This document shows, piece after piece, positions 1 to 8,801 of a stretch of 64,000 bases of DNA (its first letter is position 1; every line of letters begins with the position of its first letter). Both the position numbers and the translations under genes were made by a program. A model generated the notes under the pieces. It saw only the letters and a program-made list of their open reading frames with translations, did not search any database and had not been told where the DNA came from. Source of the DNA: Nitrospinales bacterium (GTDB lineage Bacteria > Nitrospinota > Nitrospinia > Nitrospinales > VA-1); NCBI GenBank assembly GCA_965223795.1, contig CBDCXL010000002.1:1216001-1280000 (forward strand). The letters run 5' to 3'.

Positions 1-675
1 CTCTTTCTGTTAGGTGGTTCCCAGATGCTCGCCGCTCAGCAGGAAAAATCCATCGATGAGATCGAAGAAAACGTGAACAACATGCTTCAGCTGCTTGAAA
101 ACCTGGAAACCGAGGAACCCGGAGATCCGGTGCAGAACACGCCCATACCGGAAGAAACCATGTCTCAGGAAACCGGGGAAGCGATGGGCGCGGTGTTGAA
201 CTCGGAAGCGATGGAACAACCGGAAGCCATGCAGGCCGCCGAAAACGCGGAAGCGTTCTCCGAATCGGCGGTGGAGGTGCCGGAAGAAAGCATCGTGCGC
301 GGACCGGCGCCGGAGCCTGCGAAAAAGATCCTCGAAGAGAGCAACGAAGTGGTGCGCTTCGTTCCCAGCGACCCGGATCTTCTATTCCGGCTGGGCCTGG
401 ACCAGTGGCGCTCGAAAAACCTGAACGGCGCGATCGAACAGTTTGAGGAAGTGGTCCGCCTGGAACCGGAAAACGCCCACGCCTACTGGAACCTGGGACT
501 CATCTACAAGCAAAAAGGCGAAGGGGAAGTCGCCGTGGCGCACATAAAAAAAGCCGAGGACCTGTACCTGAAGTACAATTATTTTTCCTACGCGGAAGAA
601 TCCCGCGAACACCTGGATTCGCTGATCAAAAAATACAATCTGGATCCCAAGCAATACGAGATGGTCTCCAACTGA
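1..675 (+). CDS. TPR-repeat protein, probably exported; 5' end probably outside the window
   Basis: Frame is open from base 1 (LFLLGGSQMLAA...). Acidic low-complexity linker, then TPR helices (AIEQFEEVVRLEPENAHAYWNLGLIY). Confidence 0.75.
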   Translation, partial: LFLLGGSQMLAAQQEKSIDEIEENVNNMLQLLENLETEEPGDPVQNTPIPEETMSQETGEAMGAVLNSEAMEQPEAMQAAENAEAFSESAVEVPEESIVRGPAPEPAKKILEESNEVVRFVPSDPDLLFRLGLDQWRSKNLNGAIEQFEEVVRLEPENAHAYWNLGLIYKQKGEGEVAVAHIKKAEDLYLKYNYFSYAEESREHLDSLIKKYNLDPKQYEMVSN

Positions 676-756
676 CCGCTTGCGCTTGCGGCTTTATTAA
701 ATCCTTTCGGTTTGTGCCCTTTTCTGAGGGCCTGCGAGTGTCCCGCACTCTCGCCT

Positions 757-795
757 AAAAAAACGCGCCTTCCCCCCGGCTCAGGGGAAGGCGCG
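757..795 (-). terminator. Rho-independent terminator of the 830-2074 gene
   Basis: 12-bp perfect stem (764-775 / 784-795), 8-nt loop, A7 at 757-763 read as a U-tract on the minus strand. Confidence 0.8.
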
Positions 796-829
796 CTCCG
801 CGAAGTTCCTTTCAATTCCCAGGCAAGCG

Positions 830-2074
830 TCACCGCCGGACGGCGGCTTTTTTCCAGCTTTCTATCCTGCAGGACTGACGGTTCAACACCGGGTGCATGG
901 TGAACAGAGGCGTGTTGTGCGGCACGAGCGCCGTGTCGACGCCGGGACTCAACTGCAGGTGGATGTTCACGTAATTGAAGCTCAACCCGTCCTGCCAGGG
1001 TTCCTTGGCCGCATCGGCATAGGCTTCGACCTTGTCGGAGGCGTGGCTGCGCGTCATCAGTCCCGAACCGCCCTGCAGCCCGTACTCGTACAGATCGGGC
1101 GCCCCTTCGATCAGAACCGACACCACCGACGCGTCGAACCACACTTTAAAATGCGTGACGATTTGCACGAACGGGCCCAGCGTGCCGGAACGTTCGATCA
1201 CCGCGACGGGATAGACCATTTCCGGAGGCACGGTGGGCGGGCTTTCGGAAGCGGGGTTTTTGAACTCGCGCTCCTTGACGCGGGAAGCGGAAACGAACAG
1301 CAGGTTGGGGTCGTCCATGGAGATGTCCAGTACCTTGCCGTCGTGATAGCTGACCAGTTTGCCCATCTCGTAGGCCAGGGGATAGGAATAGCCCATCTTC
1401 GCGTAAAAGATGCGCACGATGGCATCCAGGGAATCTTCCGGCCTGCGGCTGATCTTGAGATCGAACGGCAGCATGAGGTGGTGGGCGTTGGTGCGGGCGT
1501 TCATGAACGGCGCGCAGGCGCCGGAGAACTCCTTCTGGATGGACGCGTTGTCCGGATCGAAATCGCGGCGCGAGCCGGAAAAATGCTGGGCGGTCTTCGC
1601 TTCCTTGCTCAGTCCGTATTTTTTCTGATAATACTCGGTCGCCCGTTTGGGCGCGATGTCGATAAAGTATTCGGGCGCGTCGGTCTCGACGAGAATCCGC
1701 TGCGGTTCGGCTTTCGCCGCGCCCTCTGCGGGAGCGGGCTTTAAGGTCTTGCTGTAGATTTCGATTTCGGCGCGGGTCTTTTGAATGTCCCGCTCCAGAT
1801 CGCGGTCCAGCTGCGGGTTGAAAAAACTGGCCCGGCTCAGGATCGCCTTTGCCTTCTGCAACAGTTCGACTTTGAGCGTGTACCGCTTGGGCTCGGCGGC
1901 GAGCGCCTGCACCGTCGCCATGTACAGACCGAACTGCTCCTCGGCCATCAGTTCCAGCGCATCCAGGTCCTGCTCTTTGATGAACGCCAGCGCCAGCGGA
2001 CCGAACGCCTCTTCTCCGCGGATGTTCAGGGTCATCAGGTAATTGAGATGCGCGCGCGCTTCTTTTGGGTCCAC
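830..2074 (-). CDS. Hypothetical protein; helical N-terminus plus C-terminal DUF6065-like beta domain
   Basis: GTG at 2074 follows an AAGGAG RBS. Motifs CAPFMNA...LMLPFDLKI, LIEGAPD...SGLM and VPHNTPLFTMHPV resemble the DUF6065 pattern (recognised by eye). Confidence 0.6.
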   Translation of the reverse strand: MDPKEARAHLNYLMTLNIRGEEAFGPLALAFIKEQDLDALELMAEEQFGLYMATVQALAAEPKRYTLKVELLQKAKAILSRASFFNPQLDRDLERDIQKTRAEIEIYSKTLKPAPAEGAAKAEPQRILVETDAPEYFIDIAPKRATEYYQKKYGLSKEAKTAQHFSGSRRDFDPDNASIQKEFSGACAPFMNARTNAHHLMLPFDLKISRRPEDSLDAIVRIFYAKMGYSYPLAYEMGKLVSYHDGKVLDISMDDPNLLFVSASRVKEREFKNPASESPPTVPPEMVYPVAVIERSGTLGPFVQIVTHFKVWFDASVVSVLIEGAPDLYEYGLQGGSGLMTRSHASDKVEAYADAAKEPWQDGLSFNYVNIHLQLSPGVDTALVPHNTPLFTMHPVLNRQSCRIESWKKAAVRR

Positions 2075-2400
2075 CGTAAACTCCTTATTGGGCCTCGCTC
2101 CGCCCCCCTGAGCCGGAGCGTGTGCGGCCTTTCGTGATCGGTTTTGAGTGAAATGGCTCAATATAAACCGTTTTTTTGCTTTCCTGAACACTTTCTTACT
2201 CAAAGTAAGCATTTTCCTATACCCACTATGAAATCTGCCTGCAATCGCATTGGGTCTACGGGCCTAAGCATCGCTTTGTGAGGGATTTTCACCAGCGGCA
2301 GCGATCCGGGCGTTTCGACATCGCATGCGGGATTGGATTAAAATGGAAGGCCGTTTTGTCCGTTGGCGGGTTACCTGCGTGAACCAATGAGGATGTGTGC

Positions 2401-3627
2401 ATGAAACTGCATTGGCAAATTCTGATCGCGATGGCGCTGGCGGTGGGGTTCGCCTGGGCGCTGGGGGACGCGTCGCGGTTTGTGGAGCCTCTGGGCACGC
2501 TGTTCATCCGCCTGCTGAAGATGCTCATCGTGCCGCTGGTGGTGTTTTCCCTGGTGTTCGGCGTGGCGAGCGTCGGCGACGCGAAAAACCTGGGCCGGCT
2601 GGGCATCAAGACGTTCTGTTATTACATGTTCACCAGCCTGCTTGCCATCGTGACCGGACTCGTTCTGGTCAACGCGATTCAGCCGGGAAGCAACGCGGAC
2701 CGGGTCTCCGCCGAAGCGTTTGCGCCGGAGAGTCTGCAAAAACCCGGCAGCGCGGCGGACCTGCTTTTGCGCATCGTGCCGGAAAACCCGGTCGCGGCCG
2801 CGGCGCAGGGAGACATGCTGGGCATCATCTTTTTCTCGATCTTTCTGGGGTTCGCGCTGGGCCAGCTTGCGCCGCCCTACCGGGACCGGCTCATGCCGTG
2901 GGTGGAGGCGGGATTTCACGCGGTGATGAAACTCACGCATTTCGTCATCCTGCTCGCCCCCTTGGGCGTGTTCGGTCTGATCGTCGGACTGATGAACCAG
3001 TCGATGGGCGCGGGTTTCTTTAATGCGGTGGGCTGGTACATGGTCACGATCGCATCGGGCCTCACTTTGCATTTTTTCGTGACGCTGCCGCTGCTCTACT
3101 GCCTGTTCATGCGTAAAAACCCGCTTCCCGTATACGGCCACATGGCCAGCGCGCTGGCCACGGTGTTCGCCACCAGCTCGTCGGCGGCGACGCTGCCGGT
3201 GACGATGGAATGCGTCGAAAAAAACGCCGGCGTGTCGAATAAAATCGCAAGCTTCGTGCTGCCCATGGGGGCGACGGTGAACATGGACGGAACGGCGCTG
3301 TTCGAATGCGTGGGCGTTCTGTTCATCGCGCAGGTGCTGAACGTCCCGATGGGCCTGGAGCAGCAGTTGCTCGTGGTGGGGGTGGCGCTGCTGGCGTCGA
3401 TCGGCACGGCGGCGATCCCCTCGGCGGGGCTGGTGATGATCTTCGTCATCCTGGAGGCGGTGGGGATCGAAGGCGAGGAAGTGGCGCTGATCGTGGGCAC
3501 GATGCTGGCGGTGGACCGGCCGCTGGACATGTACCGCGGTCTGGTCAATATTTTCAGCGACGCGGTGGGCGCGATCCTGATCGCCCAATCCGAAGGGGAA
3601 CTTGCAGACAACGAGGCGGAAGCATGA
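2401..3627 (+). CDS. Dicarboxylate/amino acid:cation symporter (DAACS, GltP-like)
   Basis: ATSSSAATLP, GATVNMDGTALF and LAVDRPLDMYR motifs; multi-TM hydrophobic profile. Confidence 0.93.
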   Translation: MKLHWQILIAMALAVGFAWALGDASRFVEPLGTLFIRLLKMLIVPLVVFSLVFGVASVGDAKNLGRLGIKTFCYYMFTSLLAIVTGLVLVNAIQPGSNADRVSAEAFAPESLQKPGSAADLLLRIVPENPVAAAAQGDMLGIIFFSIFLGFALGQLAPPYRDRLMPWVEAGFHAVMKLTHFVILLAPLGVFGLIVGLMNQSMGAGFFNAVGWYMVTIASGLTLHFFVTLPLLYCLFMRKNPLPVYGHMASALATVFATSSSAATLPVTMECVEKNAGVSNKIASFVLPMGATVNMDGTALFECVGVLFIAQVLNVPMGLEQQLLVVGVALLASIGTAAIPSAGLVMIFVILEAVGIEGEEVALIVGTMLAVDRPLDMYRGLVNIFSDAVGAILIAQSEGELADNEAEA

Positions 3628-4283
3628 ATGCGGAATTCACATTCACCTGGAAAACGGGGTCGGGTCCCCGGGCGCCGAGGCGGGTCTTCTGCATCGGCAA
3701 AAATTACCGGCAGCACATCGAAGAGATGAGCGACGGCGATCCGGGCGAGCCGGTGGTATTTTTAAAACCGGCTTCCTGCCTCACCGCGCCGGGCGTGCCG
3801 CTGACGCTGCCGGCCCACGGGCAGAGCCTGCATCACGAAGTCGAGCTGGTACTGCTGATCGGAAAGGAAGCGCACCGCGTCGCGGAAAGCGAGTCCACCG
3901 CCTGCATCGCGGGCATCACGCTGGGCATCGACCTGACGCTCAGGGACGTGCAGGCGCGGCTCAAGAAAAAGGGACTGCCGTGGGAGATGGCCAAGGCGTT
4001 CGAGCAGAGCGCACCTCTGGGCGCGCTGGTGCCGTTCACTGAGGACGCACTGTCTATGGAGTTCGAACTGAGCGTCAACGGCGAACGGCGGCAGCACGGC
4101 AACGCACGCGAGATGATCCATTCCATTCCGCGGATCGTGCATTTTCTGAGCGGCGTCTGGACCCTGCAGCCGGGCGACCTGATCTATACCGGAACGCCTT
4201 CGGGCGTGGGACCGCTGGTCGCGGGCGACCGGGTTACGATTTCGAGCCAGCCGATCGGCGTGTTCGAATGGGATGTGGTTTGA
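3624..4283 (+). CDS. Fumarylacetoacetate hydrolase family protein
   Basis: CIGKNY, FLKP, HHEVEL, DLTLRD and GDLIYTGTPSGVG motifs; ATGA overlap with the symporter stop. Confidence 0.92.
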   Translation: MNAEFTFTWKTGSGPRAPRRVFCIGKNYRQHIEEMSDGDPGEPVVFLKPASCLTAPGVPLTLPAHGQSLHHEVELVLLIGKEAHRVAESESTACIAGITLGIDLTLRDVQARLKKKGLPWEMAKAFEQSAPLGALVPFTEDALSMEFELSVNGERRQHGNAREMIHSIPRIVHFLSGVWTLQPGDLIYTGTPSGVGPLVAGDRVTISSQPIGVFEWDVV

Positions 4284-4316
4284 CGTTACGAAATTAAGTT
4301 CTTCCTTCGGGCCGCG

Positions 4317-4916
4317 TCAGACGCTGGCGATCTGGACGCGGATCTCCTGCTTGACGGTCTGGCGCAGGATGTTCTCAATGGCGCGCAACGTGCCGGTGGC
4401 GGAGCTGGGGCAGCTGCCGCAGGCGCCCTGGTAGCGGATGCGCAGGGTGTTGTCCTTGAAGTCGAGGATCGTCACGCCGCCGCCGTCCTGGGCCAGGGCC
4501 GGGCGCACCGTCTCGTCGAACACCGCGTCGATCACCGCGCCCTTCTCGTCGTCGGACATGCCGGGAAAATCGATTTCGTCCAGCTTGGTCAGAATGGAAT
4601 CCTCGTTTTTTTCCTTCGCGGCCTGATCGAAAAAGTGCAGGTATTCCTCGATCACTTCCTCGGCGGCCTCGACCAGGATGTCCAGCTGGGGATCGGGATG
4701 GAAGGTGACGGTGACAAAATTGTCCTGCAAATACAGGCTCTGCACCGGCCCCAGCGCGAACACCGCCCTGGCGAACGGATCGGACTCCGCCTCTTCCTCG
4801 GACGCGAACGAGCGGGTTCCGGAACCGATGACGGATTGATTGAGTACGTATTTGAAGGCGTTGGGATTGGGCGTCATCTCCGTGTCCACCACCTCGAATT
4901 TTTTTTCCTCGGTCAT
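4317..4916 (-). CDS. nfuA: Nfu-type Fe-S cluster carrier (Nfu_N plus NifU-C domains)
   Basis: TPNPNAFKY N-domain; VRPALAQDGG and GACGSCPSS C-domain. Confidence 0.88.
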   Translation of the reverse strand: MTEEKKFEVVDTEMTPNPNAFKYVLNQSVIGSGTRSFASEEEAESDPFARAVFALGPVQSLYLQDNFVTVTFHPDPQLDILVEAAEEVIEEYLHFFDQAAKEKNEDSILTKLDEIDFPGMSDDEKGAVIDAVFDETVRPALAQDGGGVTILDFKDNTLRIRYQGACGSCPSSATGTLRAIENILRQTVKQEIRVQIASV

Positions 4917-5088
4917 AAAGTGTCGATCTCCGTTTGTCTTTGAGGCGTGCGGGTACACGTTTCTGCGCCTCTATGGGAAGGCGTTCGCCTGAAGGAATTT
5001 TCCAGTCTGTAGCTAAGATGGGTTTGGGGGAATTTGGGTTCAAAAAACCCCTGCTTTCGCACTTCCCACCTGCCGGGACGCCGTAAAT

Positions 5089-5517
5089 TCACCCGTTCTC
5101 AGAGGTTTCGCACAGCGAGGGACGCGATTCGTCCACAAGCTCGGCGACGGTCGTTTGCCTGAAAGCGTCCTCCAGTGTGGCGACGGCTTCGTTGATCCGC
5201 CTGTGCAGCGGACACAAACGCATTCCGTGCTCGCCGCGGTTCAGGGGACAGCGTTCGATGCGATGGACCGGGTCGACCGCGTGCACCACATCGAGCAGAT
5301 TCAAAGACTGCGGATCGCGCGACAGCACGAAGCCGCCATGCAGGCCGCGCTGCGAACGGACGATGCCCGCCTTGCCCAGCGCCTGCAGAACCTTGGCCAG
5401 GTAGCTGACCGGCACCTGGGTCACCTGCCCGATCTGCGGCGTGGTGAGCGGCGTGTCCGGTTGGGCGGCCAGACAGACCACGGATCGAAGCGCGTATTCG
5501 GCGGTTTGAGAAATCAT
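5089..5517 (-). CDS. Rrf2-family transcriptional regulator (NsrR/IscR-like)
   Basis: SQTAEYALR, YLAKVLQAL, SQRGLHGGF, CPL...LCPLH. Confidence 0.92.
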   Translation of the reverse strand: MISQTAEYALRSVVCLAAQPDTPLTTPQIGQVTQVPVSYLAKVLQALGKAGIVRSQRGLHGGFVLSRDPQSLNLLDVVHAVDPVHRIERCPLNRGEHGMRLCPLHRRINEAVATLEDAFRQTTVAELVDESRPSLCETSENG

Positions 5518-5539
5518 GAATTTTTAGTTCCCTCAATTT

Positions 5540-5620
5540 TTGGATATTTGGATCTTGACATCCAATTATACAGAACCTATACTGAAAACACAATTTAGAT
5601 ATTTAGATATATTTATCCTA
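5540..5620. promoter_or_regulatory. Two 26-bp imperfect direct repeats, candidate Rrf2 operators
   Basis: TTGGATATTTGGATCTTGACATCCAA (5540-5565) and TTAGATATTTAGATATATTTATCCTA (5595-5620), 55 bp apart, between the divergent rrf2 and ric genes. Confidence 0.6.
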
Positions 5621-5672
5621 TTTATGCAAATCAAACCCAACCAATTTAATTGAAAGGGTTTAGGAGGCTTTC

Positions 5673-6374
5673 ATGAATCACACAGAGCTGACACCGGATC
5701 ATTCGGTCGATGATTTTCTCAAACAGGACATGCACTATGCCGCGGTCTTCGAAGAACTGGGCATCGACGCCTGCTGCGGCGGGCACAAATCGCTGGCGCT
5801 GGCCTGCGGCGAAAAGGGGCTGGACGTTGACGAGGTCCTCAAGCGTTTGCAGCCGATGGAGGACAACACAGATACGGAATCGTTCGATGCGCATGCAGCC
5901 GGCGCCGCGGAACTGGCCGATCACATCGAGGCCATCCATCACACGTATCTGAAAGAGGCTCTGCCCCGGCTGACGGCCCTGATCGAAAAAGTGATCCAGG
6001 CGCATGCGCCGCGGCATCCGGAACTGGTCGATCTGGGAAAAACGTTCGCCGCTCTGCGCGCCGATCTGGAACCGCACATGCAAAAGGAAGAACGCGTGCT
6101 GTTCCCCATGATCCGCAACCGGGAAAACCCGGCGGCGAACGGCGGCGCGTTCCCGGCTACGCTGGCGGCTCCCATCCGCGTCATGCGCGCGGAGCACGAC
6201 CGCACGGTGCAGTTGCAAACACAAATCCGCGAGCTGACTCAGGAATTTTCGGTTCCCGCCGACGCCTGCGCGAGTTACGAACGGTTGATGCGCGATCTCA
6301 AGCTACTGGATGCGGATCTCACGACGCACATCCACAAAGAGAACGACATCCTGTTCGCCAAACTGTCGCATTGA
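5673..6374 (+). CDS. ric: Iron-sulfur cluster repair di-iron protein (RIC/YtfE/ScdA)
   Basis: IDACCGG N-domain; hemerythrin ligand motifs HHTY, HMQKEE, EH and HIHKEN; AGGAGG RBS. Confidence 0.95.
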   Translation: MNHTELTPDHSVDDFLKQDMHYAAVFEELGIDACCGGHKSLALACGEKGLDVDEVLKRLQPMEDNTDTESFDAHAAGAAELADHIEAIHHTYLKEALPRLTALIEKVIQAHAPRHPELVDLGKTFAALRADLEPHMQKEERVLFPMIRNRENPAANGGAFPATLAAPIRVMRAEHDRTVQLQTQIRELTQEFSVPADACASYERLMRDLKLLDADLTTHIHKENDILFAKLSH

Positions 6375-6437
6375 ACGAGGGCGTCAACGCAAAGTTGTTG
6401 CGGCTGTGAGTGCCTTTGGGAATGTGCGGGATTGCCG

Positions 6438-7190
6438 TCACACCTGAATTTGCATCAGGTCCTCGGCGAGGATGAGTTCGCCGGTGTATTCCTTGCGCAC
6501 GACGGCTTCAAACTGAGCCAGGTCACAGGGCGGGTAAAAATGCGTGAGGCACAGCTTTCTGCAGCCGGAGGCGCGGGCGATCTGCGCGGCGGGCGTGGGC
6601 GAAAGGTGGCCGTCGAATTTTTTCTCATCGGGCATGACGCAGTTGAGCACCAGAAGATCGGCGTCCTTTCCCAGTTCGACGAGCGATTCGCAGGTGTCCG
6701 AATCGCCGGCGATCGCGAGAATTTTTCCACCGCCGCTGGTGAACCGGTAGCCGCGGCTGATGGGCAGGTGCTTCACTTTGCGGGTCGTCACCTCAAGTCC
6801 GCCGTAGCTGCGCGACGCTTCGTCCTGCTCGTGGACCTGAATGGAGAAGTGTTTCGAGTCGAGCCAGCCCTGGTAAGCCTTGCGCAGCCCGTCGAAGTAA
6901 TCCTTGAATCCGGGACCGGCGACGATGTCGAGATCCTTTTTGCGCGGGTCCTCGGGATAGCGGCAGGCGAACAGAAACGCGACCAGATCGTACATGTGGT
7001 CCGGGTGGATGTGGGTGAAGTAGATGCGGTCGATGTCGTGGTAGGTGATCCCCAGCCGCAGCAACTGGTGCAGCGCGCCGTAGCCGAAATCGACGAGCGA
7101 GCGCGCGTTTCCGTCCTCGATGAGCAGCGCGCTGGAATGGCGCTTCAGCGAGGGGACCATCGTCCCGGTGCCGAGAAGGGTGAGTTTCAT
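6438..7190 (-). CDS. MBL-fold metallohydrolase (RNase Z/BN-like)
   Basis: LLGTG, THIHPDH, AGDS, GHLSP and LTHFYP motifs. Confidence 0.88.
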   Translation of the reverse strand: MKLTLLGTGTMVPSLKRHSSALLIEDGNARSLVDFGYGALHQLLRLGITYHDIDRIYFTHIHPDHMYDLVAFLFACRYPEDPRKKDLDIVAGPGFKDYFDGLRKAYQGWLDSKHFSIQVHEQDEASRSYGGLEVTTRKVKHLPISRGYRFTSGGGKILAIAGDSDTCESLVELGKDADLLVLNCVMPDEKKFDGHLSPTPAAQIARASGCRKLCLTHFYPPCDLAQFEAVVRKEYTGELILAEDLMQIQV

Positions 7191-7253
7191 TTCAGGGTCT
7201 GAAGATGCGGCCGTGAACGGTGCGTTCGATTTTTTTGCGCCGAAGTTCGGGTA

Positions 7254-7520
7254 TCAATAGGACGCCTTGATCGCTTCCAGCACCGGGCCTTCCAGCGTGC
7301 CCCATTTCGCTTCGGGCTTTTTGTTGACGGTGACGAAATCGGCCATCAAAAACACCTGATCGACGCCGTCCAGGGCGAACAGGGCCTTGGCCACTTTCGA
7401 CTCCTCCGCTTCCTGGGCGTTCTTGTAAGTCTTGTGCCCGGACTCGATGGCCGGGCAGCTCAGCGTGTACTTCATCGCGTGTTCGTTCGGGGTGGTGGAT
7501 ACCGTCACTTCGACTGCCAT
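7254..7520 (-). CDS. Stand-alone Nfu/NifU N-terminal domain protein
   Basis: TPNEHAMKY...LFALDGVDQVFLMADFVTVNK...W; GGAGG RBS. Confidence 0.85.
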   Translation of the reverse strand: MAVEVTVSTTPNEHAMKYTLSCPAIESGHKTYKNAQEAEESKVAKALFALDGVDQVFLMADFVTVNKKPEAKWGTLEGPVLEAIKASY

Positions 7521-7565
7521 TCTTTTCCTCCCTATTGCTGCGTTTGCGGTTGTTTGTACGTTGGT

Positions 7566-8762
7566 CTACTCCCGGTTCGCGGGGCTCGGCCGGAAAATGC
7601 CGAAGGAGCTGGTGTAGCCGTGCAGAAAGGTGGTGTCGCCCACCGGCCCGATCTCGCCGTTGCAGAAAAACCCGCCCAGCGGAATCGACCCCAGCCGGTC
7701 CCTGAACAGGTCGGTGTCGTGGTTGGGTTTGCCGTACAGGTACTGCCCCCGGCCCAGGCAGGAGAACAACAGCGCGCCGCAGGCGTCGTCGGCACGGCCG
7801 CCCTGGTTGTAACGGGTCAGCATCAGGTCCAGGTCCTCGGCGGACATCTTTTTGTCGCGCAGGTGAAACTGCACGAGCTGGCCTTCGCGCAGCATCGAGC
7901 CGATGGCCAGCGCGCCGGTCTCCCGTTCCACGCCCATGAGATTGCGGATGAGAAAATCGCCCTGCTTGGGCTCGTCGTTCAAGGGATTCATCTCGATGCC
8001 GAGAAACAGCGACGTGCGCATGAGGCCGCGGTCGTGCTCGTCCAAGGATTCGTTGATCTCCTGCAGCACTTCGAGCGGCGGGCTGCCTTCCAGCTCCTTG
8101 AGCATGGTCTGGTGGCATTTGGTGATCTTGAGCGGCTTGCCGATCGGGCGGCAGCCCTGGGCGACGATGGTGTCCACTTCGATGTTGCCGCTCAGGGCGA
8201 CGCCGACCAGGCCCTGGCCATACACCCTGTCCTCCAGATAGAGGGCGTTGCCGCCCTGGGACTGGGCGCCGCTGGCGAGCCCGCCCACTTTGCGGCTGCC
8301 CGGATAGGCGAAATCGATGCCGGAAAGAAACTCCTCGCCGCGAAAGGAAAACGGATCGGCGAGAAAAATGAAATGCAGCGGTTTCTCCACCGGAACGCCG
8401 AGCCATTCCCGCCACACGCCGGGTCCGGTGTCCTGATCGGGCAGGTCCATGGTGTTCGAATAGATCGGCCGGATGTTCACATCGGGCAGGTGCGCCGAGG
8501 TGATGCTGAAGGCCGGGTTCTGCTCCACTTCCTGACCGCCGCCGATGATGCCGCCGCCGGAGCAGCCGATCAGAATGCCGGGATCCATTTTGTCACGGAT
8601 CAGATTGGGAATATCCCGGTAGCGTTCTTTATGATTGGGTGAAACGAAGATGACGGTCAGGTGCGGGGTCTTGCCTTCCAGGTTTTCCTTTATGGTCTGC
8701 GTGGTTTCCGCAACGCAGTTCTCTATATTTTCATGGGTGGATATGGTCGAAGCCCATTTCAT
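7566..8762 (-). CDS. FIST-domain (FIST_N + FIST_C) sensor protein
   Basis: GCSGGGIIG, GGLAS, VAQGCRPIG, FSCLGRG and GFFCNGEIGP...LHGYT; AAGGAG RBS before the ATG at 8762. Confidence 0.92.
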   Translation of the reverse strand: MKWASTISTHENIENCVAETTQTIKENLEGKTPHLTVIFVSPNHKERYRDIPNLIRDKMDPGILIGCSGGGIIGGGQEVEQNPAFSITSAHLPDVNIRPIYSNTMDLPDQDTGPGVWREWLGVPVEKPLHFIFLADPFSFRGEEFLSGIDFAYPGSRKVGGLASGAQSQGGNALYLEDRVYGQGLVGVALSGNIEVDTIVAQGCRPIGKPLKITKCHQTMLKELEGSPPLEVLQEINESLDEHDRGLMRTSLFLGIEMNPLNDEPKQGDFLIRNLMGVERETGALAIGSMLREGQLVQFHLRDKKMSAEDLDLMLTRYNQGGRADDACGALLFSCLGRGQYLYGKPNHDTDLFRDRLGSIPLGGFFCNGEIGPVGDTTFLHGYTSSFGIFRPSPANRE

Positions 8763-8801
8763 GGATCGCTCCTTAAAGTTCTCCCCCAATGCGGAGGAAG
8801 G

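Noticed and set aside
2250..2310. c-di-GMP-I riboswitch (CTACGGGCCTAA resembles part of the consensus)
   Set aside because: The GCAAA and GNRA P2 elements needed for the fold are missing.
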